In this document: positions 30,406 through 38,293 of the stretch, piece by piece
How positions within the stretch are numbered: the first letter of the stretch is position 1
How the letters are laid out: each line of letters begins with the position of its first letter
Source: Isoptericola halotolerans
GTDB lineage: Bacteria > Actinomycetota > Actinomycetes > Actinomycetales > Cellulomonadaceae
DNA length: 64,000 nucleotides
Direction: 5' to 3'
Assembly: GCF_013149785.1 (NCBI RefSeq)
Contig: NZ_JABEZU010000001.1
Location: 558,001-622,000 of the forward strand
The notes under the pieces: model-generated
The model's database searches: none
What the model was told of the DNA's origin: nothing
The model's input: only the letters and a program-made list of their open reading frames with translations
Position numbers and translations under genes: made by a program

Positions 30406-31401
30406 ATGTCTTCCATCGAACCGGGCGCGGTCGCTGCCCCGGGGCAGCCGCTCCCCGCGCAGCACCTGCTGCGCACCGACGCCGAGACGCCGCTGAAGCA
30501 GAAGCCCCAGCGCAAGTACAGCCGTGCTGACACCCGCGCGGGGTATGCGTTCCTGTCGCCGTGGATCATCGGGTTCGTCGGTCTGACGGCCTTCCCGATG
30601 CTGGCCTCGTTGTACCTGGCGTTCACGGACTACAACCTGTTCACCCCGCCGCAGTGGGTGGGCTTCGACAACTTCGTGAACCTGTTCAACGACCCGCGAT
30701 ACCTGCAGTCGGCCCAGGTGACGGCCGGCTACGTGCTGCTCGGCACGCCGATCAAGCTGGCCTCGGCGCTGGCCGTCGCGATGCTGCTCAACATGAAGCA
30801 CCGCGGCCAGGGCGCGTACCGGTCGATCTTCTACGCGCCGTCGCTCATCGGCGCGTCGGTCTCGATCGCGATCGTGTGGAAGGTGATGTTCACCAACGAC
30901 GGGATCGTGGACCGCATCCAGCGGCTCGTCGGGATCGACATCGGAGGGTGGGTCGGCAACCCGGCCATGTCGCTGCCGATGCTGATCCTGTTGGGCGTGT
31001 GGGGCTTCGGCGCCCCGATGGTGATCTTCCTGGCGGGCCTCAAGCAGATCCCGCAGGAGCTCTACGAGGCCGCGGAGTGCGACGGCGCCGGCCCGGTGCG
31101 CAAGTTCGTCAACATCACGATGCCCATGCTGTCCCCGGTGCTGTTCTTCAACCTGCTGCTCGAGACGATCGCGGCGTTCCAGGTCTTCAGCTCGGCGTTC
31201 ATCATCTCCGGCGGGACCGGCGGGCCGGCCGGCTCGACGATGTTCTACACGCTGTACCTGTACCTGCGCGGGTTCCAGGACTTCAAGATGGGCTACGCCT
31301 CGGCGATGGCCTGGGTGCTGGTCATCGTGGTCGCGCTGATCACCCTGCTGATGTTCCGCACCTCCAAGGGCTGGGTCCACTACACGGGAGACGAACGATG
31401 A
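30406..31401 (+). CDS. Carbohydrate ABC transporter permease (YesP-like)
   Basis: FLSPWIIGF, WVGFDNF, LYEAAECDGAG, MGYASAMAW. Confidence 0.93.
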   Translation: MSSIEPGAVAAPGQPLPAQHLLRTDAETPLKQKPQRKYSRADTRAGYAFLSPWIIGFVGLTAFPMLASLYLAFTDYNLFTPPQWVGFDNFVNLFNDPRYLQSAQVTAGYVLLGTPIKLASALAVAMLLNMKHRGQGAYRSIFYAPSLIGASVSIAIVWKVMFTNDGIVDRIQRLVGIDIGGWVGNPAMSLPMLILLGVWGFGAPMVIFLAGLKQIPQELYEAAECDGAGPVRKFVNITMPMLSPVLFFNLLLETIAAFQVFSSAFIISGGTGGPAGSTMFYTLYLYLRGFQDFKMGYASAMAWVLVIVVALITLLMFRTSKGWVHYTGDER

Positions 31402-32309
31402 CCATCACCGACGCCCCCGCAACCTCCCGAGAAGTCGACCACGCGGCCGTCGCGCGCCGCGCCGCGGCGAAGAACCGCCGTCGCGTGAAGTCCGTCATCT
31501 TCCACACCATCGCCATCGCGGCCACGATCGTGGTGCTCTACCCCGCGGCGTGGATGCTGTTCGCCTCGATGAAGCCGAACTCGGACATCATCGGCAACGT
31601 CCAGCTGTTGCCGGACATCTGGACCCTCGAGCACTACGCCTCGGCGCTGTCCGGCATCGGCGGGGTGAGCTTCTGGACGTTCTTCGGCAACTCGCTGCTG
31701 CTGGCCTCGCTCAGCGTGGTCGGGACCGTGCTGTCCTCGACGGTGGCCGCCTATGCGTTCGCCCGGATCAGCTTCCCGGGGCGCAACGCGATGTTCGCGA
31801 TCATGATCGGCACGCTGCTGCTGCCGTTCCACGTCACGATCATCCCGCAGTACATCCTGTTCAACAATCTCGGGATGGTGAACACCTACATCCCGCTGCT
31901 GGCCCCGAAGTTCCTGGCTGCCGAGGCGTTCTTCATCTTCCTCATGGTCCAGTTCATCCGTGGCATCCCGCGGTCCCTGGACGAGGCGGCGCGGATCGAC
32001 GGTTGCGGGCACGGGCGCACCTTCTGGCGGATCATCCTGCCGCTGATGCGCCCGGCGATCGTGACGAGCTCCATCTTCACGTTCATCTGGTCGTGGAACG
32101 ACTTCCTCGGCCCGCTGCTCTACCTGAAGAACCCGAGCCTGTACACGATGCCGATCGCGCTGCGGCAGTACGTCGACCAGACCTCCGTGTCCGACTACGG
32201 CGCCCAGATGGCGATGGCCGTCCTCGCGCTGCTGCCCGTGATGATCTTCTTCGTGGTGTTCCAGCGGTTCCTCATCAACGGCGTGGCCACGCAGGGCCTG
32301 AAGGGCTGA
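31398..32309 (+). CDS. Carbohydrate ABC transporter permease (YesQ-like)
   Basis: AAYAFARISFPGR, IPRSLDEAARIDGCG, WSWNDFLGPL, GVATQGLKG. Confidence 0.93.
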   Translation: MTITDAPATSREVDHAAVARRAAAKNRRRVKSVIFHTIAIAATIVVLYPAAWMLFASMKPNSDIIGNVQLLPDIWTLEHYASALSGIGGVSFWTFFGNSLLLASLSVVGTVLSSTVAAYAFARISFPGRNAMFAIMIGTLLLPFHVTIIPQYILFNNLGMVNTYIPLLAPKFLAAEAFFIFLMVQFIRGIPRSLDEAARIDGCGHGRTFWRIILPLMRPAIVTSSIFTFIWSWNDFLGPLLYLKNPSLYTMPIALRQYVDQTSVSDYGAQMAMAVLALLPVMIFFVVFQRFLINGVATQGLKG

Positions 32310-32313
32310 CCGC

Positions 32314-32967
32314 GTGAGCCCGGCTCGCCACGACGGCCCGACACCACCCCGGCGACCTCGTCGTCGGGGTGGTGACGGGCGCCTGCTGGGCAGCCTGCAC
32401 CTGTTCGCCGAGGTGATGATCACGGGCCTGATGGTCGCCGTCGGCTCCCTCGCCCTGGTGACCCTGGTGCCCTCCCTCGCGGCCGGCGTCGCGCACCTGC
32501 GACGCGACCTCGGCGGCCGCGAGACGTCCGTGCGGCGCTTCGCCGCCGAGTGGTGGGCGGCCGTGCGAGCCCTCTGGCTCCTCGGGCTGGCCACCCTGGC
32601 CCTGGCCGTCCTGCTGGTCGGTGACTGGCAGCTCGCCACCTCCGGAGTGATCCCCGGCGCGAGCGTGGTGGCCGTCGTGGTCGCGCTGTTCGCCGCCGGT
32701 GCCGTCGCCGTCGTCCTGCGCGCCGTCGGCGCCTGGTCCGACGACGACGGCGAACCCGTGCCGGGCGCGACCACGCGCGCCACGCTGTCGGTCGCCACGC
32801 AGCGTGCCGTCGACGACCTCACCGGGTCGGCGCTCCTGGGCGCCGCCGTGCTCATGGCCGTCGTGCTGGTGTGGATGCTCGTGCCGCTGGTGCTCGTGGT
32901 GGGCGGGCTGCTGGCGATGGCGGTCGTCGGCGTGGAGATCCGCCGCCGGACCCCCGGTCTTTCCTGA
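32314..32967 (+). CDS. Membrane protein (YesL/YesV-like by position and pattern)
   Basis: Several hydrophobic helices; SLALVTLVPSLAAGVAHLRR; directly follows the permeases. Confidence 0.65.
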   Translation: MSPARHDGPTPPRRPRRRGGDGRLLGSLHLFAEVMITGLMVAVGSLALVTLVPSLAAGVAHLRRDLGGRETSVRRFAAEWWAAVRALWLLGLATLALAVLLVGDWQLATSGVIPGASVVAVVVALFAAGAVAVVLRAVGAWSDDDGEPVPGATTRATLSVATQRAVDDLTGSALLGAAVLMAVVLVWMLVPLVLVVGGLLAMAVVGVEIRRRTPGLS

Positions 32968-33052
32968 CCGCCCCAGAGCTCCCCTCGTCACCACGGTGGG
33001 GAGGGTGATCGCAAGTGCACTGATTGCAACGATGCAAGGAGGAGACAGAGCG

Positions 33053-35410
33053 ATGAGACTCCACCGCACGACGGCCTGTGCCGTCGCCGCCGCGACCGTC
33101 GGGGCCCTGGCCCTGGGGTCGACGGCCACGGCCGCCCCGGGAGGCCACCCCGGCCAGCCCGGCCACGGTCAGGACGACGGGATCGTCCTGGAGGACCTGG
33201 ACCGCGGTCTGGTGGCGGCCAGCACCAGCGAGGGTGTGTTCCTCAGCTGGCGGCTGCTCGGCCACGAGGTCACCGGTGCCACCGAGACCGGCATGGACGG
33301 CGTCGGGTTCGCCGTCTTCCGCGACGGCCGGCAGATCGGCACCGTCACCGACTCGACCAACTACGTCGACCCCGACGGCGGGGCCGCCTCGCGCTACGTC
33401 GTCGCGCCGTTGCGCGACGGCCACCCGGGCAAGGGGCACGTCAAGGGCAACGGCAAGAACCACGTGCACTGGGGCCAGCGGAGCGAGACCGTCGTGCCGC
33501 TGGCCGACGACCACCTCGACATCCCGCTGAACAAGCCGGCCGACGGTGTCACCCCGGTCGGGGAGGCGTACACGTACTCCGCCAACGACGCCTCCGTCGC
33601 GGACCTGACCGGCGACGGCACCTACGAGGTGATCGTCAAGTGGGACCCGTCGAACTCCAAGGACGTCTCGCAGAAGGGGTACACGGGCAACCAGTACCTC
33701 GACGCGTACACGCTCGACGGCGAGCAGCTCTGGCGGATCGACCTCGGCGTCAACATCCGGGCCGGGGCGCACTACACGCAGTTCCCGGTGTACGACTTCG
33801 ACGGGGACGGCCGTGCCGAGGTGATGGTCAAGACGGCCCCGGGCACGAAGGTCACCACCTACCGGAACGGCGAGCCGAGGCGCGACGCGTACGTCACGAT
33901 CCCGAAGGACGACCGGAAGGCCGGCGTCACGCACGCCGACGACTACCGGTACAGCGCGGACGACTACTACGAGCACGTCGTGGAGATGTTCCGCGACTGG
34001 GCGGACTACCCCGAGGTGACCAGCGGTGAGTGGCCGGCCACGCTCGAGGAGGCGTTCGGCATCGACCCGCAGCACGACTACCCGTTGTCCGACGCGGACG
34101 CGCGCGAGCTGGCCGACCACTTCATGGACGTCTACGCCCCGGAGCGTTCGGGCCGCAACGACCTGCGCACCTTCGAAGGGTTCGTGATCTCCGGCCCCGA
34201 GTACCTGTCGGTGTTCGACGGCCGCAGCGGGCGTCCGCTGGAGACGGTCGACTACGAGCCGGAGCGGTACGACGACGGTCTGCGCTGGGGCGACTACGCG
34301 ATGAGCCGCATCGAACCGGGCAACCGCGTCGACCGGTTCCTGGCCGGTGTGGCCTACCTCGACGGCGAGACACCGTCGGCCGTGTTCGCCCGTGGGTACT
34401 ACACCCGCTCGACCATCGCCACGTACGACTGGGACGGCAAGCGCCTGACCCAGCGCTGGATGGTGGACTCCGGCTGGACGCCGATGTCGAACCCGTTCAA
34501 CGACGGGCCCCACGGGACGCTGGGTACCGACCCGGAGTTCGGGTCCATCACGACGCAGGGCTTCCACTCGCTGTCGGTGGCCGACGTGGACGGTGACGGC
34601 AACCAGGAGATCGTCTACGGCTCGGCGACGATCGACCACGACGGCTCGCTGCTGTACTCGTCGTTCGACACCCTGCCCGAGGGCTCGGCGGACCCCGGTG
34701 CCTGGGCAGGGCTCGGGCACGGCGACGCCATGCACGTGACGGACATCGACCCGTCACGTCCCGGCCTCGAGATCTGGACGTGCCACGAGGGCGGGGCCTG
34801 GGCCCCGTACGGGACCGCGATGCGCGACGCCGCCACCGGGGAGGTCCTCTTCGGGGCGTACTCCGGGCGGGACACCGGCCGGTGCATGATCGGCGACGTC
34901 GACACCGAGGTGCCGGGCATCGAGGTGTGGGGCTCGATGCCGGGTGGTTCCGACGGCTCGGGGACGCTGAGCGCGACGGGCGAGCTGGTCGCCACCTCGA
35001 CCCCGGGGACGAACGCCTCGGTGCGCTGGGCGGCCGACGGCAGCACGCAGCTCATCGAGGGTGCGATCACAGAGACCCCGCGGATCGTGGCCGGTGACGG
35101 CACGGTGCTGCGGACCCTCGACGGCACCCTGACCAACAACCACACCAAGGGCAACCCGTCGCTCGTGGCGGACGTCCTGGGTGACTGGCGCGAGGAGGTG
35201 CTCGTGCGCACCGAGGACTCCTCGGCGCTGCGGGTGTACTTCGCGACCGAGGTCACGGACATCAAGATGTACACGCTGATGCACGACCCGCAGTACCGGG
35301 TCGAGGTGGCGCGGCAGCAGACCTCGTACAACCAGCCGTCCTACCCCGGGTTCTACCTGGCGTCGGACACCGACTGGTCGCAGGTGCCGGTTCCCGGTGC
35401 CCGTCAGTGA
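33053..35410 (+). CDS. PL11 rhamnogalacturonan lyase (YesW/YesX family), secreted
   Basis: Signal peptide, LEDLDRGLVA, FLSWRLLG, ANDASVADL, KWDPSNSKD, NIRAGAHYTQF, RGYYTR, GHGDAMH, DVLGDWREE, YNQPSYP. Confidence 0.95.
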   Translation: MRLHRTTACAVAAATVGALALGSTATAAPGGHPGQPGHGQDDGIVLEDLDRGLVAASTSEGVFLSWRLLGHEVTGATETGMDGVGFAVFRDGRQIGTVTDSTNYVDPDGGAASRYVVAPLRDGHPGKGHVKGNGKNHVHWGQRSETVVPLADDHLDIPLNKPADGVTPVGEAYTYSANDASVADLTGDGTYEVIVKWDPSNSKDVSQKGYTGNQYLDAYTLDGEQLWRIDLGVNIRAGAHYTQFPVYDFDGDGRAEVMVKTAPGTKVTTYRNGEPRRDAYVTIPKDDRKAGVTHADDYRYSADDYYEHVVEMFRDWADYPEVTSGEWPATLEEAFGIDPQHDYPLSDADARELADHFMDVYAPERSGRNDLRTFEGFVISGPEYLSVFDGRSGRPLETVDYEPERYDDGLRWGDYAMSRIEPGNRVDRFLAGVAYLDGETPSAVFARGYYTRSTIATYDWDGKRLTQRWMVDSGWTPMSNPFNDGPHGTLGTDPEFGSITTQGFHSLSVADVDGDGNQEIVYGSATIDHDGSLLYSSFDTLPEGSADPGAWAGLGHGDAMHVTDIDPSRPGLEIWTCHEGGAWAPYGTAMRDAATGEVLFGAYSGRDTGRCMIGDVDTEVPGIEVWGSMPGGSDGSGTLSATGELVATSTPGTNASVRWAADGSTQLIEGAITETPRIVAGDGTVLRTLDGTLTNNHTKGNPSLVADVLGDWREEVLVRTEDSSALRVYFATEVTDIKMYTLMHDPQYRVEVARQQTSYNQPSYPGFYLASDTDWSQVPVPGARQ

Positions 35411-35433
35411 CCTGACCGGCGGTCACTGACCAG

Positions 35434-35482
35434 GTGCCGCCGGGGCGGGTGCGGGGGAGACCTGCACCCGCCCCGGCGGCAC
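35434..35482 (+). terminator. Hairpin after PL11 gene
   Basis: Perfect 19-bp stem GTGCCGCCGGGGCGGGTGC / GCACCCGCCCCGGCGGCAC. A second hairpin GTCAGTGACC/GGTCACTGAC lies at 35403-35430. Confidence 0.7.
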
Positions 35483-35511
35483 GTCATCGACGACTTGAGA
35501 GAGTAGGACCC

Positions 35512-36657
35512 ATGAAGGTCAGCATCCTGGGGGCCGGCGCGATCGCCCACGCCCACGCCGACGCCGTCCGTGCACTGGCAGCCCTGGAAGGGCTGGGGGA
35601 CGTCGAGCTGACCGGGGTGGTGGACGTCGACGCCGCACGCGCCGAGCAGTTCGCGGCGCAGCACGGCATCGCCCACCACGGCACCGACCTGGCGGCGCTG
35701 CTCGCCGCGGGGGAGGTCGACGTGCTGCACATCTGCACGCCGCCGTCGCTGCACCTCGAGCAGGCCCGCGCCGCCCTGGCCGCGGGGGCGCACGTCGTCG
35801 TCGAGAAGCCGGCCGTGCTGTCCCTGGCCGAGATCGACGCCCTGGCCGAGGCGGAGCGCGCCGGGGCCGACGGTGCCCGGTTCACCCAGATCGTGCAGCA
35901 CCGGTTCGGTGCCGGGGCGCTGCGGCTGCGGCGGTTGCTCGCCGACGGCACGCTGGGCCGTCCGCTCGTCGCGACCTGCGACACGATGTGGTTCCGGCCG
36001 CCGGAGTACTTCGAGGTGCCGTGGCGCGGCCGGTTCGACACCGAGGGCGGCGGTCCCACGATGGGCCACGGCATCCACCAGTTCGACCTGCTGGTCTCGG
36101 TCCTGGGGGAGTGGACCGAGGTGCGGGCCATGGCCGGCCGGCTCGCCCGCCACGTGGACACGGAGGACGTCTCGATGGCGATGGTGCGCTTCTCCTCGGG
36201 CGCCATGGCCAGCATCACCAACTCGCTGCTCTCCCCGCGCCAGACCTCCTCGCTCCGGTTCGACACCGAGCGCGCGACCGTCGAGCTCGAGCACCTCTAC
36301 GGTTACGACGACGACTCCTGGCGCGTCACGCCAGCCCCCGGCGCCGACGACGTCGTCACCGCCTGGACCGCGGACGTCGCGGCGGGGGAGCGGGTCGACG
36401 ACGGCCGCTCCGGGCACCTGGCCCAGCTCGTGCCGACCTACCGTGCGCTGGTCGCCGGCGAGGCCCCGCCGATCACGGTCGACGACGCCCGGGGGACGCT
36501 CGAGCTGGCGGCCGCGATCTACCGGTCGGCCTTCACCGGCGAGACCGTGTCCCGTGGGCAGATCAGCACCGACGACTCCTTCTACGCCAGCATGGGCGGC
36601 ACGGGGGCACCGTGGCCCCCGGTCAAGGACGTCCCGGCACAGGAGGCCACCCCATGA
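35512..36657 (+). CDS. Gfo/Idh/MocA family oxidoreductase
   Basis: ILGAGAIA, ICTPPSLH, VVEKP, WRG..EGGG..GHGIHQFD. Confidence 0.93.
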   Translation: MKVSILGAGAIAHAHADAVRALAALEGLGDVELTGVVDVDAARAEQFAAQHGIAHHGTDLAALLAAGEVDVLHICTPPSLHLEQARAALAAGAHVVVEKPAVLSLAEIDALAEAERAGADGARFTQIVQHRFGAGALRLRRLLADGTLGRPLVATCDTMWFRPPEYFEVPWRGRFDTEGGGPTMGHGIHQFDLLVSVLGEWTEVRAMAGRLARHVDTEDVSMAMVRFSSGAMASITNSLLSPRQTSSLRFDTERATVELEHLYGYDDDSWRVTPAPGADDVVTAWTADVAAGERVDDGRSGHLAQLVPTYRALVAGEAPPITVDDARGTLELAAAIYRSAFTGETVSRGQISTDDSFYASMGGTGAPWPPVKDVPAQEATP

Positions 36658-37709
36658 GCGTCACCCTGGACTGCGGCGACGGCGCGATGACGGGGTCGCG
36701 CGACGGCGTCGACCTGTTCGAGTACGTCTACCGCCCGACCGACGTCCCGTACGAGAGCCCGCGACCCTACCTGCACCCGCTGCGCACCCGCGGCGGCGCG
36801 GTGGTCTCCGAGTACCGGCCGTGGGACCACGTGTGGCACAAGGGCATCGCCTGGTCGTTGCCGCACGTGGGGCCGTGGAACTTCTGGGGCGGGCCCAACT
36901 ACGTCCACGCCGAGCGCGGCTACGTCGACCTGCACAACGACGGTTCGATGGATCACGAGCAGTTCACCGCCGTGGGTCCGTGCGGGTTCGTCGAGCGGCT
37001 GTCCTGGCGCACGCCGCCCACCACCGGCCCGTACGGTGACGTGCCGGGCGACGTCGTCGTCCGCGAGGAGCGCACCGTGCAGGTGCTGCTGCCCGACGCC
37101 TCGCCGGACGTCTGGGCGCTCACGTTCACCTCCGAGATGACGAACGTCTCCGACGGTCCGCTCGACATCGGCAGCCCGACTACCAACGGGCGCGAGAACG
37201 CCGGGTACGGCGGGCTCTTCTGGCGGGGGCCGCGCTCGTTCACCGAGGGTCGGGTGCTGCTGCCCGGTGCGGACGGCACGGGCGTGGTGGCGGACGCCGA
37301 GGACGCCCGCGGGCTGCGGGCCGAGTGGCTCGGGTTCGTCGGTCGGCACGACGGCGCCGCACCCCCGACCACGAGCGGCCGGCACGGCGGCTCGCGCAGC
37401 TCGACCGTCCTCATGGTCGATCCCGGCACGAACCCTGGAGGGACCCCGCAGTGGTTCGTGCGGTCGGTTCCCTTCGCCTGCGTGTGCCCCGCGCCGTTCT
37501 TCAGCGAGGAGGTGCCGTTCGGCGCCGGCGAGACCCTGCGGTTCACCTATGCGGTGATGATCGCCGACGGCGAGTCCGACGGTGCGCGGGGAGCCGGGCT
37601 CGCCGCGCTGGGCCGGCAGGTGCTCGCCGGCGAGGGTGGCCGGCTCGAGCCGGGGCACGTCGCGCCCGCCGCGCATGCCGCGCCGGCCGGCGGGCGCCTG
37701 CCCGCATGA
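36654..37709 (+). CDS. PmoA-like (PF14100-type) uncharacterised protein
   Basis: PRPYLHPLRT..G, RPWDHVWHKG, NFWGG, NGRENAGYGGLFWRGP, WFVR. Confidence 0.8.
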   Translation: MSVTLDCGDGAMTGSRDGVDLFEYVYRPTDVPYESPRPYLHPLRTRGGAVVSEYRPWDHVWHKGIAWSLPHVGPWNFWGGPNYVHAERGYVDLHNDGSMDHEQFTAVGPCGFVERLSWRTPPTTGPYGDVPGDVVVREERTVQVLLPDASPDVWALTFTSEMTNVSDGPLDIGSPTTNGRENAGYGGLFWRGPRSFTEGRVLLPGADGTGVVADAEDARGLRAEWLGFVGRHDGAAPPTTSGRHGGSRSSTVLMVDPGTNPGGTPQWFVRSVPFACVCPAPFFSEEVPFGAGETLRFTYAVMIADGESDGARGAGLAALGRQVLAGEGGRLEPGHVAPAAHAAPAGGRLPA

Positions 37710-38245
37710 CGGCTGTCTTCCCCGGCGGCACGTCCGTCAGCCACCTGCAGGTCTACGACTGGCCCACGCAGGACGCTCCGCAGGGCAGCGGGTCGCCCCA
37801 CCTGCACACCACCTCGACCGAGGCCTACGTGACCCTGGCCGACGTGCTCGCCGACCCGGAGCGGTACGCCGCGGCCGCCGCCCTGCCGCGCCTCGACGAC
37901 GGTGCCACCGACGCCGATCTGGCCGCGGCTGCCCGGGCCCGCCGGGACCTGGCGCTGGAGGGCTACGCGGCGCTGCGCTCCGCCGTCGACCAGCACGGGC
38001 CGGACGCTCTGGCGCCCCTGTACGACGCCGCGGCCCGGCTGGTGGCCCCGCGCACGGGGACCTGGCGAGAGATCTGGGAGGGCTCGGTCCAGCAGGCCGC
38101 GGGCCAGACCGACGCCGCCCTCGAGGCCCTCGCCGACGCCTCACCGGTCACCCTGGACGAGGGGAGCGTGGCGGCCGCCGACGCGGCCGAGGGTCCGCGT
38201 CGCTACGGCATGTGCGGTCGCCTGCGCACCTGGCCGCTGGCCTGA
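37706..38245 (+). CDS. Cupin-family protein, apparently with an in-frame internal deletion (possible pseudogene)
   Basis: Cupin motif 1 GSPHLHTTSTEAYV runs straight into the C-terminal VLADPERY; no motif 2 (PGxxH). Confidence 0.65.
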   Translation: MTAVFPGGTSVSHLQVYDWPTQDAPQGSGSPHLHTTSTEAYVTLADVLADPERYAAAAALPRLDDGATDADLAAAARARRDLALEGYAALRSAVDQHGPDALAPLYDAAARLVAPRTGTWREIWEGSVQQAAGQTDAALEALADASPVTLDEGSVAAADAAEGPRRYGMCGRLRTWPLA

Positions 38246-38249
38246 GCAC

Positions 38250-38293
38250 CGCCCTGCTCCGTCCTGCCGACGTCGGCAGGACGGAGCAGGGCG
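38250..38293. terminator. Perfect 44-bp palindrome between convergent cupin and GH42 genes
   Basis: CGCCCTGCTCCGTCCTGCCGAC|GTCGGCAGGACGGAGCAGGGCG. Confidence 0.75.

Noticed and set aside
33006..33038. TGCA-rich stretch before PL11
   Set aside because: Possibly regulatory, but I could not assign a consistent palindrome or spacing, or find a second instance.
36654..37709. Methane monooxygenase interpretation of the PmoA-family label
   Set aside because: The protein is soluble-looking, there is no pmoB/pmoC, and the context is sugar catabolism.
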